A stretch of DNA of 64,000 nt, from NCBI GenBank assembly GCA_040752695.1, contig JBFMGO010000021.1, positions 1-64,000 of the forward strand, written 5' to 3'. Of the stretch, positions 19,595 through 30,960 are shown in pieces. A model generated the notes under the pieces. The model ran no database searches, was not told the DNA's origin, and saw nothing but the letters and a program-made list of their open reading frames with translations. Each line of letters begins with the position of its first letter. Position 1 is the first letter of the stretch. The DNA comes from a bacterium (GTDB lineage: Bacteria; SZUA-182; DTGQ01). A program made the position numbers and the translations under genes.

Positions 19595-20104
19595 GTGATG
19601 AAAAAAGAGAAGGAACTGAGTCGTCTTATCTTATACAGCTTGAGCCCGCAAGAGAGCCACCGCCTGGGGCAGATACTGGGGGAGTCTCTTTCCACCGGCT
19701 TTCTGGTTGCCCTTTCAGGTGATCTCGGAGCGGGTAAAACCAGCCTGATCCAGGGGATTGCACGGGGGCTCAAGGTGAGGGACCGCTATATTACCAGCCC
19801 TACGTTCACTCTTATAAACGAATATCAGGGGATGTGCCCGGTTTACCACTTCGACGTCTACCGCCTTTCGGACCCGCAGGAAATGGAAGATCTTGGATAT
19901 GAGGAATTTTTTTACGGTGAAGGAGTCACCCTAGTGGAATGGGCGGAAAAAATAGAAAACCTTTTACCTGAGGATCACCTGAAGATAAACCTCGATCACC
20001 AGGGACCGGAAATAAGAAGGCTTATGTTTACCGCCAAAGGAAAAGAAGCAAGGAAAGTTCTCGGCAGGTTCCGCAGCCGGATCTTTCAGCCGAAGGATTT
20101 ATGA
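19595..20104 (+). CDS. tsaE: tRNA t6A biosynthesis ATPase TsaE
   Basis: GDLGAGKT, SPTFTL, YHFDVYRL, VEWAE. Confidence 0.95.
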   Translation: MMKKEKELSRLILYSLSPQESHRLGQILGESLSTGFLVALSGDLGAGKTSLIQGIARGLKVRDRYITSPTFTLINEYQGMCPVYHFDVYRLSDPQEMEDLGYEEFFYGEGVTLVEWAEKIENLLPEDHLKINLDHQGPEIRRLMFTAKGKEARKVLGRFRSRIFQPKDL

Positions 20105-20134
20105 CACTATAATGAACAGGCAAGAGTTTCTCTG

Positions 20135-21220
20135 ATGAACATACAACGAAAAAAAACCAGACCCCTCTGGTTGAGGGGGGTAAAAATCGGGGATGGCGCT
20201 CCCGTCTCCATTCAATCGATGACCAAAACCGATACCCGCAATCAGGAGGTCACAGTGGCCCAGATCGAGCGCCTTGCTCAGGCTGGCTGCGAGATTATCC
20301 GGATAGCGGTACCAGATAAAGAGGCTGCTGAGAAAATCCCTTCTATCGTTCAGCACAGCCCCATCCCGGTCATTGCCGACATCCATTTCAATCATCGGCT
20401 GGCCTTGATGGCACTTGAAGGCGGTGTCGAGGGCCTGCGCATTAATCCGGGCAACATCGGATCCCCTGCACAGGTGCAGGAGGTGGTCCGGATGGCCAGT
20501 GATACCGGAGCGGTTATCCGCATCGGTGTCAATGCAGGATCACTCGAGAAAGACCTCTACCAGAAATACGGCGGCCCGGCCCCGGAAGCCATGGTCGAGA
20601 GCGCCCGCCGTAAGGTCGATCTTCTCGAAGGCATGGGATTTTCCAGGATTAAAATCTCCCTGAAGTCATCTTCTGTCATTGACACGATCGAGGCTTACCG
20701 GCTGATAGCCAAAGAGATGGATTATCCTCTGCACCTTGGGATCACCGAAACAGGCGATGCTTTTTGCGGAGGAATTAAATCTGCCGTAGGCTTGGGGATT
20801 TTACTCTCTGAAGGTATTGGAGATACTGTGCGGGTTTCCCTGACCGCCGATCCAATCCTTGAGGTGAGGGCAGGATACGAAGTCCTGCGCGCTCTGGGGA
20901 TTCGGCAAAGAGGCCCTGAGATTATTTCCTGCCCCACCTGCGGGCGGTGCGAAATCGATATTCAGAAGCTGGTCATAAAGGTGCAAGAGCGGATAGGCCA
21001 CCTTACACATCCGCTCAAGGTGGCCATCATGGGCTGCGTGGTCAATGGTCCCGGAGAAGCGAAAGAGGCAGATGCAGGAATTGCAGGGGGGCATGGAGTC
21101 GGCGTTCTTTTCAAAAATGGCCAGGTTGTCGAAAAGCGCAGGGAAGAAGATCTGCTCCCGGCTCTTTTCGCCCTGATCGAAGAGATAACGGGTACGAAGC
21201 TCTCGCCCAACAGTCACTGA
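20135..21220 (+). CDS. ispG: HMBPP synthase IspG
   Basis: IQSMTKT, ADIHF, RINPGNIG, CPTCGR, MGCVVNGPGE. Confidence 0.97.
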   Translation: MNIQRKKTRPLWLRGVKIGDGAPVSIQSMTKTDTRNQEVTVAQIERLAQAGCEIIRIAVPDKEAAEKIPSIVQHSPIPVIADIHFNHRLALMALEGGVEGLRINPGNIGSPAQVQEVVRMASDTGAVIRIGVNAGSLEKDLYQKYGGPAPEAMVESARRKVDLLEGMGFSRIKISLKSSSVIDTIEAYRLIAKEMDYPLHLGITETGDAFCGGIKSAVGLGILLSEGIGDTVRVSLTADPILEVRAGYEVLRALGIRQRGPEIISCPTCGRCEIDIQKLVIKVQERIGHLTHPLKVAIMGCVVNGPGEAKEADAGIAGGHGVGVLFKNGQVVEKRREEDLLPALFALIEEITGTKLSPNSH

Positions 21221-21252
21221 AAGAAGATGAAGAGATAAGGAGAGAAAAGAGC

Positions 21253-21639
21253 ATGTATAAACTTATGGTCAGTTCAAGCTTTGCAGCGGCTCATCAGTTG
21301 CGGGGATATGCGGGAAAGTGCGAATCGCTCCACGGGCATAACTGGCGGGTTCAGCTTTACGTCACTGCGGAAAAGCTTAATGAAATTGGACTTGCCCTTG
21401 ATTTTAAGGACATCAAAAAGTGCCTGCACAATGTCTTGCAAACGCTCGATCACACCAATTTGAATACGTTACCGCCTTTCCAGGATCGGAATCCTTCCTC
21501 TGAAAACATTGCCAGGTATTTATTCGAACAGGTTTCCGGTGAGTTGGCCCAAGGAGAGGTGGAGGGATCATCAATGCAGGTTGCCTCTGTCCGGGTGTGG
21601 GAATCGGACAATGCTTACGCGGAATACTACATAAGGTGA
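21253..21639 (+). CDS. queD: 6-carboxytetrahydropterin synthase QueD
   Basis: FAAAHQL, CESLHGHNW, LDHTNLN, PSSENIA, VWES; start reassigned to ATG 21253 after GGAG. Confidence 0.93.
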   Translation: MYKLMVSSSFAAAHQLRGYAGKCESLHGHNWRVQLYVTAEKLNEIGLALDFKDIKKCLHNVLQTLDHTNLNTLPPFQDRNPSSENIARYLFEQVSGELAQGEVEGSSMQVASVRVWESDNAYAEYYIR

Positions 21640-21685
21640 ATAAATTATTTACTGGAGGCACATCGTTCATGGTATTATAATTTAA

Positions 21686-22202
<517 letters not shown>

Positions 22203-22300
22203 AATATGGAGTGTAGACTTGCATAATATCCTGACCTGAGACCTTAACCTCATGTATTGCCCGGCTTAACAGCTTCTTATCCAGTCGTCGATATTAATTG

Positions 22301-22326
22301 CTTGTCAATAGTACTTGTCAATAGTA
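22301..22326. repeat. Perfect 13-nt tandem duplication
   Basis: cttgtcaatagta x2. Confidence 0.85.
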
Positions 22327-22509
22327 ATTGAGAGTACGATACCCTTGAAACCTTCATGGTGAGGAATAATCCCCTGCAATTCTCTCCTGGCTTTCTTCCA
22401 GAAAATGTGTTATTATTTATATCATTTAATAAGTAGTAGTGAAAAATTGATGAGAACTTACAGCCCTTGTAAGATATAAATCGCATAAAAACATAAGTCA
22501 TACTGAATC

Positions 22510-24180
22510 ATGGACAGCACTGACCTTCAAAAGATCACGAACGACCAGACAATAACGAACGATTGGCACATAGGGCCGGGGGATATATGCCAGCTCAAGG
22601 AACTGAGCGAAGAGATTCTCAAATTCGTGCCAATAGGTATTCAGGTACTGGATAGTAATTTTTGCATCCGGCTCTGGAATCCGGCCATGGAGAGGGTAAC
22701 GCACGTTCCTGCCTCACGGGTAGTAGGCAGGAACGCCTTTGAAATCTTTCCCAATAACACTGCCACGGTGGAGCTTGAGGAAATCTGTAAACGTGTCCTG
22801 AAGGAAGGGAGGCCTTTTTTCAAGAAATCCAATCCACGCTTCATGGTAAATGGCTCTCCGGTGTATTATAAACTCAGCGTCTTTCCCCTTCATTCGCTGC
22901 ATTCCCATCAGGACCAGCAAGAGGATGCTCAGGCTGATAATCATAGTCAGGCTGGTTTTATTTTGATCTGCCTGGAAGATATTACCGAACATAAATCCAT
23001 TGAGAATGAGTTAGAGGAAGAAGCCCGAAAGCAGGCCAAAGGGATGGAGGAATGGGAGAAGAATTTTTACGACCTGGTGGAAGGCTCGCTTGAAGGCGTC
23101 GGGATTTCGAGGGGGGAAACCATCATTTATGTCAATCCAAGTCTGGCCCGGATATTGGGATATAAGGATCCACGGGAGCTGATTGGTCAGAATTTACTGA
23201 TTACCCACCCTTCCGAGGCATGGGATATTCTGCGGGAGCGGGTGGAAAGGAGACGGCAGGGTAAATCCAATGCCCCCCGGTTTGAGATCAAGGGTAAAAA
23301 AAAGGATGGGACAGTTATCGAGCTGGATGTTTCAACTTCAAATGTTTGTGCAAACGGCGAGTGGGTCACTCTGACTACGGTCCGGGACATTACGGAGAAG
23401 AAAAAGATCGAAGAGCAGGAAAGAAAAATCCACGAGCATATCCTCCATTCGGACCGCCTGGCAGCCATGGGAAGGTTGTCGGCCGGTATTGCCCATGAAA
23501 TAAATAATCCCCTGGCTGTGCTCTCCGGGCGGATTCAGGAGCTTCTCACAACGTATGAAGATAATAAAGAATTGCGGCACAATTTCGCCAGCATGAAAAG
23601 GGTATGTGACCGTATCGGGAAGATTGTAGACAACCTCCTGTTTTTTTCCAAGCAAAAGGATGAGCCCAGGTATCTCTATGATATCAATGAAGTTATCGAA
23701 GACGCTATTTCGATGTTCGCGACACAGACCGTGGCTAAAGGGGTGCGTGTCGTAAAGCAGTACGCTCATGACCTTCCTCCTGTCATCATGATTGCCAGTC
23801 AGATTCAGCAAGTCTGCGTCAATCTGTTCATCAACGCCATAGATGCCACGAAGTTAGGGGATGAAATCACCATTTCAACAAAACTGGACAAGGCCAAAAA
23901 GTGTGCGATGATCATCTTCAAAGATACCGGAGTCGGGATCCCGAAAGATATCCAGGATAAAATCTTTGAGCCTTTCTTCACTACGAAAGAGATGGGCAGG
24001 GGAAGCGGACTGGGCCTTTCCATCAGTTCCGGAATCATCAAGGCCCATAAAGGGAGTATTCGGGTGCGATCCAAAGAGGGGCTGGGCACGATCTTTACGG
24101 TCAAGCTGCCTCTGCCTGCGCCGGAAGACCTTCAGCTTTACGGCATGAACCGGGCCAGGTATCTGAAATCTCCTCTCTGA
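22510..24180 (+). CDS. Cytoplasmic PAS-PAS sensor histidine kinase
   Basis: Two PAS domains; H-box AGIAHEINNPL; NLFINA, DTGVGI, FEPFFTTK, GSGLGL. Confidence 0.92.
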   Translation: MDSTDLQKITNDQTITNDWHIGPGDICQLKELSEEILKFVPIGIQVLDSNFCIRLWNPAMERVTHVPASRVVGRNAFEIFPNNTATVELEEICKRVLKEGRPFFKKSNPRFMVNGSPVYYKLSVFPLHSLHSHQDQQEDAQADNHSQAGFILICLEDITEHKSIENELEEEARKQAKGMEEWEKNFYDLVEGSLEGVGISRGETIIYVNPSLARILGYKDPRELIGQNLLITHPSEAWDILRERVERRRQGKSNAPRFEIKGKKKDGTVIELDVSTSNVCANGEWVTLTTVRDITEKKKIEEQERKIHEHILHSDRLAAMGRLSAGIAHEINNPLAVLSGRIQELLTTYEDNKELRHNFASMKRVCDRIGKIVDNLLFFSKQKDEPRYLYDINEVIEDAISMFATQTVAKGVRVVKQYAHDLPPVIMIASQIQQVCVNLFINAIDATKLGDEITISTKLDKAKKCAMIIFKDTGVGIPKDIQDKIFEPFFTTKEMGRGSGLGLSISSGIIKAHKGSIRVRSKEGLGTIFTVKLPLPAPEDLQLYGMNRARYLKSPL

Positions 24181-24250
24181 ACCCGATATTTTCCCTGATC
24201 CTGAAAATAGATGCTCATATGAGATAGATAGCGTGGTTTTTGGCAGAGAC

Positions 24251-25183
24251 TTACTGGTTTCGCTTCGGATAAGGCCACAGGGTTTTGCTTTTGAGATTTT
24301 TAAGGTTCTTGATGGCATAGAGTGCCTGGTCAGCCTTATGGATCAATTCATAATCAGTAGCAGCTTCGGTGGGGTAATTGGCGATGCCGAAGCTGATGGA
24401 AACCTGCAGTTCCTGCTGCACTCCATCGAAGTGAAAGGATGTGCGGGCCAGTTCGTTTTGTATACGCATCATGGCCTTGGCTGCATTCCCTTTTGAGGTC
24501 TCCGGCATAACCACGACGAATTCATCACCGCCGTAGCGGGCTACGGTATCCACCTCCCGCAGTCTATCACGGATGAAGCGGGCTACGGATTTTATGACAA
24601 AGTCTCCTGTCTGGTGTCCGAAATTATCGTTAAACTCTTTAAAATAATCGATATCCATAATAGACAGGGACACATCGTGATGGTAGCGTTCGGAAATCTT
24701 CAGGATATCGGCCAGGGTCTTGTCGAAGTAATAGCGGTTGTAGAGCTGAGTGACGGAGTCGATATGGACCAGTTCCCTCAAAGTCTGGAACCGGTCTACT
24801 TTGGCCTGGATACGGACAATGATCTCTTCTGCGCTGGCAGATTTCAGGATATAATCATCCGCCCCGATTTTGAGCCGTACCATGGAATCCTCGGCGTCTC
24901 CCTCCTCCATCAGCAGCACGAAAGGGACTACCGCAGTCAGCGGGTTTTCGCGAACCCGGCGGCAGAATTCGATACTGCTCATGGAAGATAAGTAGGCGTC
25001 CGAAATGATAATGTCCGGTATCTGTTCATTTAAGATAGAGAGTGCTTCGGATCCATGATTGGCCTTGAGGACCAGATATCCGGATTTGAGCAGATTTTCT
25101 TCCAGGCGTTCTTTAACTGCGGATTCCTCCTCAACCAGGAGAACTTTTTTGAGCATTCCGGGCATATTTTCCTCTCCAGCCAA
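24251..25183 (-). CDS. Receiver-GGDEF diguanylate cyclase
   Basis: DIDYFKEFNDNFGH, I-site REVD, RYGGDEF; N-terminal receiver-like domain. Confidence 0.9.
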   Translation of the reverse strand: MAGEENMPGMLKKVLLVEEESAVKERLEENLLKSGYLVLKANHGSEALSILNEQIPDIIISDAYLSSMSSIEFCRRVRENPLTAVVPFVLLMEEGDAEDSMVRLKIGADDYILKSASAEEIIVRIQAKVDRFQTLRELVHIDSVTQLYNRYYFDKTLADILKISERYHHDVSLSIMDIDYFKEFNDNFGHQTGDFVIKSVARFIRDRLREVDTVARYGGDEFVVVMPETSKGNAAKAMMRIQNELARTSFHFDGVQQELQVSISFGIANYPTEAATDYELIHKADQALYAIKNLKNLKSKTLWPYPKRNQ

Positions 25184-25220
25184 TAGAAAGTTCCCTTAAA
25201 GGACACAAAGAAAAGATCTA

Positions 25221-26153
25221 TCAGCTTTTCTCATTTTCCCTTTGAGGGGGGAGCTGTTCCAGGGAATTACCATTGAGCCTGGCTATCTTTACCCGACGAA
25301 TTCTCCGCGCATCTACTTTTTCTACAGTAAATTGCAGACCTTTAAAAGTGATCTGCTCACCCTGATAGGGGATTCTTTCCAGGAGAGTAAAGATAAGCCC
25401 ACCTACGGTTTCATAATCATCCTCTTTAAGAGGAATTTGAAAATACTCCTCCAGTTCGTCTATCTCTAATCGCCCATCTGCAGACACAGCCTGCTTATTC
25501 TGTTCATCGACCACCAGCATTTTTTCCGTGGTCGTATCATACTCATCCTCTATCTCGCCAACCAATTCCTCGAGAAGGTCTTCGATCGTCACCAGTCCGG
25601 CAGTCCCGCCATATTCATCCACCACGATAGCCAGGTGGACTTTTTTATGCTGAAATTCCCGCAGCAATTCACTGATTCTTTTTGTTTCAGGAATAAAGAA
25701 AGGTGGCCGCATGATATCGGAAACCCTGAAATTTTCCTTGTTGGGGTGAAGGAGCCGGATAAGATCCTTAACATAGAGCACCCCCACGATGTTGTCAATG
25801 CTCTCTTTATAAACCGGAATCCGGGAGTGTCCATCCTCGCTGATAAAGTTTATCACCTGCTCAAAGGATGCATCTTCACGGATGCAGAGCATCTCTATCC
25901 TTGGGACCATGACCTCGCGGGCAATGGTATCACCGAATTTGAGGATGCTTCGGAGCATTTCATGTTCCTCCTCCTCGATCACGCCCCGTCTTTCTCCGTC
26001 ATCTATCAACTTCCTGAGTTCCTCTTCGCTTTGGACTGATGTCCTTTCCCCTCCAAAGCAGAGCCGAGATAAAAACCCCTTCATGGTAAGACGTAACCAC
26101 TCTTTTAAGCTTTCTTCACGTTCCGAAGGGGGATCGTCTTCTATTTTCTCCAT
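25221..26153 (-). CDS. CorC/hemolysin-family CBS-domain protein
   Basis: [41 protein letters not shown]; start at ATG 26153 with GAGGGAG RBS. Confidence 0.9.
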   Translation of the reverse strand: MEKIEDDPPSEREESLKEWLRLTMKGFLSRLCFGGERTSVQSEEELRKLIDDGERRGVIEEEEHEMLRSILKFGDTIAREVMVPRIEMLCIREDASFEQVINFISEDGHSRIPVYKESIDNIVGVLYVKDLIRLLHPNKENFRVSDIMRPPFFIPETKRISELLREFQHKKVHLAIVVDEYGGTAGLVTIEDLLEELVGEIEDEYDTTTEKMLVVDEQNKQAVSADGRLEIDELEEYFQIPLKEDDYETVGGLIFTLLERIPYQGEQITFKGLQFTVEKVDARRIRRVKIARLNGNSLEQLPPQRENEKS

Positions 26154-26203
26154 AAATCTCCCTCTAAAAATACATTCATTCGAATAACTATCCTCCTTCA
26201 TCT

Positions 26204-26938
26204 TTAAAAGCAGCAACGGAATAAGATAAAAATACCAGCCGTAACCAAACCTCCGAGGAGTGCCCCGGCAATGACCTCTTGACGGGTATGTATTTTCAGG
26301 AGCAGTCTGCTGTGACTTACCATAATGCCGAGGAAAAAGGCCAGTACGATAACGATTGCATTGCTGGTTAAAAAGGCTATCGCCGTTCCCATGGAAAAGG
26401 CAATAGCAGAATGCCCGCTGGGCATGCCGCCGTGCAGGGGTTCTCCCCTGCCATACATGGCTTTGCCGATTACAATGAGAATAATGACCACCAGAAGGGA
26501 AAAAAGGATGGTATAGGCGGCGAATTCATTTTCACTCAAGCGATGGAAAAATCCCACCGTTTTGAAGGCAGGCGGCAAGATATGGGGAATAAAAATCAGA
26601 CTCCCGATAGCTATGGCTCCGATAGCCGCGACCAGGACGGCGCCCGCTGCAATGTCTTTAATAATTTTCGCCTGAGTATGGTAATCCGGACTGATCATGT
26701 TTATCATCTCTTCAATGGCCGTATTAAGCAATTCTGCTACCAGGACAGAAGAAATGACCACTACGATGAACAAAAGGTCAATCTTGGAAATAGGTAAAAC
26801 GGCACTGGCCACTAATACCAGGGCCGCAGCCAACAGATGAAAGCGAAGATTACCTTGTGTTCTGACTGCGTAAATAATTCCCTCAATGGCATAATTTATC
26901 TTTTCGATTAAGGTATCACAAGAGCGATCAGGAAGCAT
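26204..26938 (-). CDS. dgkA: DgkA-family kinase fused to PAP2-like phosphatase
   Basis: AELLNTAIE, AKIIKDIAAGAV; GGMPSGHSA, SRL..IH. Confidence 0.85.
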   Translation of the reverse strand: MLPDRSCDTLIEKINYAIEGIIYAVRTQGNLRFHLLAAALVLVASAVLPISKIDLLFIVVVISSVLVAELLNTAIEEMINMISPDYHTQAKIIKDIAAGAVLVAAIGAIAIGSLIFIPHILPPAFKTVGFFHRLSENEFAAYTILFSLLVVIILIVIGKAMYGRGEPLHGGMPSGHSAIAFSMGTAIAFLTSNAIVIVLAFFLGIMVSHSRLLLKIHTRQEVIAGALLGGLVTAGIFILFRCCF

Positions 26939-26940
26939 AA

Positions 26941-27384
26941 TTACGATATATCAGGTTGAATGTACTGCCAAAGTTCCTGCTCCTTTGCCTGCATCCTCTT
27001 GGCATCTTTATCGGTCATATGATCGTAGCCAGAAAGATGGAGAAGACCGTGGATCAGTAAAATTCCAACCTCCTTTTCCAGGGAATGCTCACTTTCCGCA
27101 GCTTGCCTTTGCGCGGTCTCCACGGAAATAACGACATCTCCGAGAAGATCGGGGCTGATCTCTTTGAATTCTCCCTCCTGCATGGCAAAGGCCAGAACAT
27201 CGGTCGCCGAGTCCATACCCCGGTAGTGGAGATTGAGCTCTTTTATAATCTTATCGGTTACGAATGTTATACTCACCTCCTGGGTTTGAAATCCCAAGGC
27301 GCTTAAAATTTTCCTGGTTACCTTCCTCCACAAAGGGTTGTTTATTTTTTGGATCTTTTGCTGATTTTGGATTTGTATCTCCAC
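26941..27384 (-). CDS. ybeY: rRNA maturation RNase YbeY
   Basis: LNLHYRG..TDVLAF, LGDVVIS, IHGLLHLSGYDH; likely GTG start at 27384. Confidence 0.93.
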   Translation of the reverse strand: MEIQIQNQQKIQKINNPLWRKVTRKILSALGFQTQEVSITFVTDKIIKELNLHYRGMDSATDVLAFAMQEGEFKEISPDLLGDVVISVETAQRQAAESEHSLEKEVGILLIHGLLHLSGYDHMTDKDAKRMQAKEQELWQYIQPDIS

Positions 27385-29767
27385 CTTTTTCCTTTTTCTC
27401 CTCCTCTCCTGCGGGTTGAATGGTAGGATAAACAATCCTTTGGTGAAATATTCCGGTCAAGATCCGGTTAAAGCTGCCGGCAATTTGATGCAGGTCCTTG
27501 AGCGTCAGCTCACACTCATCGAGCTGACCATCTTTGAAGACATGGTTGATAATGTTCAAAATCAGCCCCTGGATTCGTGAGGGGCTGGGATCTGTCAGTG
27601 TCCTCGATGCTGCCTCTACCACATCGGCCAGCATGACAATGCCCGCCTCCTTGGTTTGGGGCTTGGGTCCCGGATAGCGGTAATCCTCCTCTTTAACCAC
27701 TTGCAGCTTCTGCGACTCCTGGTCTTTGGCTTTTTTGTAGAAGAACCTGATGAGACTGGTCCCATGGTGCTGGCTGATGATATCCACGATAGCAGGACTG
27801 ATTTTATTCTGCCTGGCTAATTCGACACCGTCCCTCACGTGCGAGATCAGGATCAACCCGCTCATACTGGGAGCCAGCCGTTCATGCTCGTTTTTGAAAT
27901 TCATCTGGTTTTCCACGAAATAGCGTGGCTTCTTCACCTTGCCAATGTCATGGTAATTGGAAGCCACCCTGGCCAGAAGCGAGTTTGCGCCGATGGCCTC
28001 GCAGGCTGCCTCGGCCAGGTTGCCGACAACGATGCTATGGTGATAGGTTCCGGGTGCATCCATGGCGAGACGCCGCAGGATAGGCTGATTCATATTTAAT
28101 AGTTCCAGCAGTTTGATATCGGTAGTCACTTTGAATAAGGATTCAAAAATCGGCAAAAGAGCAGAAACGAGAGTCGCCGATGCCAGTCCTCCCACCATCC
28201 CGAAGATGCAATCGGAAATTCCCTGGGAGCTTATGAGGGACCCTCTGGCCAGATTGAGCGGAATAATCACCGACAGGTTAATCAGACTGACCATGGATCC
28301 ACCGCGAACAATAGCGGTTCTCCGGGCCTTATACACCAAGCCGTAGATCGCTCCCATGCCGCCGAAAAAAGCCACTAAAAAAAAATAGAAACTTTTTCCT
28401 ATCAACAGACTGGATAGAATAGCGACTACGGCCGCAACCATCACCGCCACCAGGGGATCGAGCAGGACAGCGGTCAGCATGGCGGCACAAGCAAAGGGAA
28501 AGGCATAAAAATAGGATGAATGCTCTATCTGCGGCACGGTAGCCGAAAGGCCATTGGCGACATAGACCAAAATCTTGTTGAAGAAAACGGCCACCAGGAT
28601 GATCATGGTGACTAAGAGCAGACTTTTCATATTCCTGGCTATCTGAGGACGGTGCCTTTGAATAAAGAAAAACAGCATAAGCAGAGTCAGGAAAATGGTC
28701 ATGGCCAACCCGGCCAGTGAGAGGAAAATGTTTTCCTGCTTCATGATCTTGATCAGCTCATTCAGTTTGGCTACCTGACTTTCCGTAACCTTTTCTCCCT
28801 CACGAATGATCATTTCACCTTTTTTTATCTGGAAAAAGGATGGCTTTACACTCTCGATGGCCCGCACTTTTCTGTTTCGTGTCTCGCTCAGATTGAGGGT
28901 CAGGTTTGGATAAATGAGTCCTTTCACGGCCTCCCCTACGAGTTGGGAAGCTCTTTGATCACGGGGAAAAAGAGATTTTGCCGCTTTTTGAGCAAATTCC
29001 TTGGCCCCCTGCTCGTCTAATATCTGGCTCATATCGTTTATGATCACCTCATGGCCGGTAACGATGTTCCTCTTGATAAATCCTTTTCTCTCCTCTTCCA
29101 GAGGAAAATTCAAACTTCCCAGAACTCCCATGTACATAATTTGATTGACGAGCTGGTTGATGGAGCTCTTAATCTGGCCTTTTTCAGGATAATTGATCAG
29201 GTACCTGAATTCATCTAAAGACAAGGTAAGATGAGTTTCATTTTTGAATTGCTCCCATTGATCTTCGATTGTCAATTGAGGAGGTGGCTCTTGCTGGTCC
29301 TGCTTTTTGCCGGACTGGGGCATAGGCCCGACGAATTCGTTTTTTTCTTTCGGCTTTTCAGGTTTCTTGAGGGGAGCCGCAGGAGATTCATCCATTAACA
29401 GGTCAAAGGCCCGGTTCAGTCTCTGATTGATATCCACCAAAAGCCGGTCGTCGAAATCGTAGATAGCCAGGATACGGCCTTCCGCTTCATGCTGGCGCTT
29501 GATGGTGGTGGCCTTGTCCTCCACCTGAAAGTCTTTCGGGGCCTTAATGTCCTGCGGGCTGATATCGCCCTCGTGCATGGAAATGACTGGCACGCTGATA
29601 ATGGGGAAGGTCAGATAGGTCAGGGCAAGAGTCGCACCTAACCATAACCCGACAACCTGGGCAATGTATCGGGTGTGCGTTTTAGGGGAAGAAGACTTTT
29701 TATCCTTTAAGAGAACTCTTTTGCCACTTACAGCTTTTGTGGCTCCTTTTCTCCATTTATCGAACAT
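27251..29767 (-). CDS. 7TM-HD (HDIG) phosphohydrolase, PgpH-like
   Basis: Extracytoplasmic domain, TM block, APGTYHHS, YHDIGK, QHHGT, YPGPKP, MLAD. Confidence 0.92.
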   Translation of the reverse strand: MFDKWRKGATKAVSGKRVLLKDKKSSSPKTHTRYIAQVVGLWLGATLALTYLTFPIISVPVISMHEGDISPQDIKAPKDFQVEDKATTIKRQHEAEGRILAIYDFDDRLLVDINQRLNRAFDLLMDESPAAPLKKPEKPKEKNEFVGPMPQSGKKQDQQEPPPQLTIEDQWEQFKNETHLTLSLDEFRYLINYPEKGQIKSSINQLVNQIMYMGVLGSLNFPLEEERKGFIKRNIVTGHEVIINDMSQILDEQGAKEFAQKAAKSLFPRDQRASQLVGEAVKGLIYPNLTLNLSETRNRKVRAIESVKPSFFQIKKGEMIIREGEKVTESQVAKLNELIKIMKQENIFLSLAGLAMTIFLTLLMLFFFIQRHRPQIARNMKSLLLVTMIILVAVFFNKILVYVANGLSATVPQIEHSSYFYAFPFACAAMLTAVLLDPLVAVMVAAVVAILSSLLIGKSFYFFLVAFFGGMGAIYGLVYKARRTAIVRGGSMVSLINLSVIIPLNLARGSLISSQGISDCIFGMVGGLASATLVSALLPIFESLFKVTTDIKLLELLNMNQPILRRLAMDAPGTYHHSIVVGNLAEAACEAIGANSLLARVASNYHDIGKVKKPRYFVENQMNFKNEHERLAPSMSGLILISHVRDGVELARQNKISPAIVDIISQHHGTSLIRFFYKKAKDQESQKLQVVKEEDYRYPGPKPQTKEAGIVMLADVVEAASRTLTDPSPSRIQGLILNIINHVFKDGQLDECELTLKDLHQIAGSFNRILTGIFHQRIVYPTIQPAGEEEKKEKGGDTNPKSAKDPKNKQPFVEEGNQENFKRLGISNPGGEYNIRNR

Positions 29768-30779
29768 TTTTTCCTTTTACGGATTTCTCGAAAGCCTTGT
29801 TCCTGGAATTTTCTATAGAGCGTTCATGTCCCTCATAGGCCTTGATAATTTTTTGAACCAGATTATGGCGAACCACATCAAGTTCAGAAAAGTAGATGAA
29901 GCGGATTCCCTGCACACTCCTCAGGATGGTCTGAACCTCAACCAATCCGGAAGACCGGTCGGCGGGTAAGTCAATCTGGGTTATATCACCCGTAATCACC
30001 GCTTTTGATCCGAACCCCAACCGCGTCAGAAACATTTTCATCTGCTCGGAGGTGGTGTTTTGGGCCTCATCCAGGATGACGAAAGCATCGTTCAAAGTTC
30101 TTCCCCGCATATAGGCTAAGGGGGCAATTTCAATCACGTCCCTTTCCATAAGCCGGCTCGCTCTTTCGGTGTCCATCATGTCGTAGAGAGCGTCGTAAAG
30201 GGGCCGCAGGTAAGGGTTTACTTTCTCCTGAAGGTCACCGGGCAAAAAGCCCAGCTTTTCGCCTGCCTCTACGGCGGGTCTGGCCAGAATGATACGGCTC
30301 ACGGTCTTGCTCATGAGCGAAGATACTGCCATAGCCATGGCCAGATAAGTTTTCCCGGTACCGGCCGGGCCGATTCCAAAGACGATATCGTAATCTCTTA
30401 TGGCCTGTATGTATTCCTGCTGAACCTTTCCCTTGGCGCGGACAAACGTCTTTCTTCCCGGCACCTCGATACGGTCCAGAAAAATCGATTCCAAATCTGC
30501 ATCTTCATTTTCAGTAAAGGTTTGAATGATATATCTGATATCAGTACCTTTACTTACCGCGCCCTCTTTAATCAGGTTAAGAAGCCTTGGGATAAGGATA
30601 GTAGCCCGATTAACGTTTTTTTCCTCTCCAAGGATGCAAAACTGATTTCCCCTGGTCGAAATTTGAACCTGGAAATTATCCTCAAGCAGTTGCAGGTTCT
30701 TTTCCTGGCAACCAAAGAAATCTGCAAGACTTTGATTATCCTCGTATTCAATCTTTTTCATTACTTGTTCTTTTTTCAA
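29757..30779 (-). CDS. phoH: PhoH-family ATPase
   Basis: GPAGTGKT, RPAVEAGEKLGFLPGDL, AYMRGRTL, DEAQN. Confidence 0.95.
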   Translation of the reverse strand: MKKEQVMKKIEYEDNQSLADFFGCQEKNLQLLEDNFQVQISTRGNQFCILGEEKNVNRATILIPRLLNLIKEGAVSKGTDIRYIIQTFTENEDADLESIFLDRIEVPGRKTFVRAKGKVQQEYIQAIRDYDIVFGIGPAGTGKTYLAMAMAVSSLMSKTVSRIILARPAVEAGEKLGFLPGDLQEKVNPYLRPLYDALYDMMDTERASRLMERDVIEIAPLAYMRGRTLNDAFVILDEAQNTTSEQMKMFLTRLGFGSKAVITGDITQIDLPADRSSGLVEVQTILRSVQGIRFIYFSELDVVRHNLVQKIIKAYEGHERSIENSRNKAFEKSVKGKNVR

Positions 30780-30893
30780 TCCGCCTTTTTTTATCCTTTC
30801 AAAAAGAATTCTCCTAACCGATAAAACCTTTCCTTTTGTCCTCTGTTCAAAAGGGAATCCTCCCAGTTTATCGTATATAGGTTTATAGCTCTG

Positions 30894-30922
30894 AAGATAA
30901 CATGATATTGAACAGATGTCAA
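30894..30922 (-). promoter_or_regulatory. sigma70-type promoter of phoH operon
   Basis: TTGACA-17-TATCTT with TGn extension. Confidence 0.6.
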
Positions 30923-30960
30923 GAAAAATAAACGCAATTTATGCCTTATTTTTCAATATG

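Noticed and set aside
20947..21252. Apparent N-terminal extension of QueD
   Set aside because: Overlaps ispG in another frame; ATG 21253 has an RBS and gives a normal-length QueD
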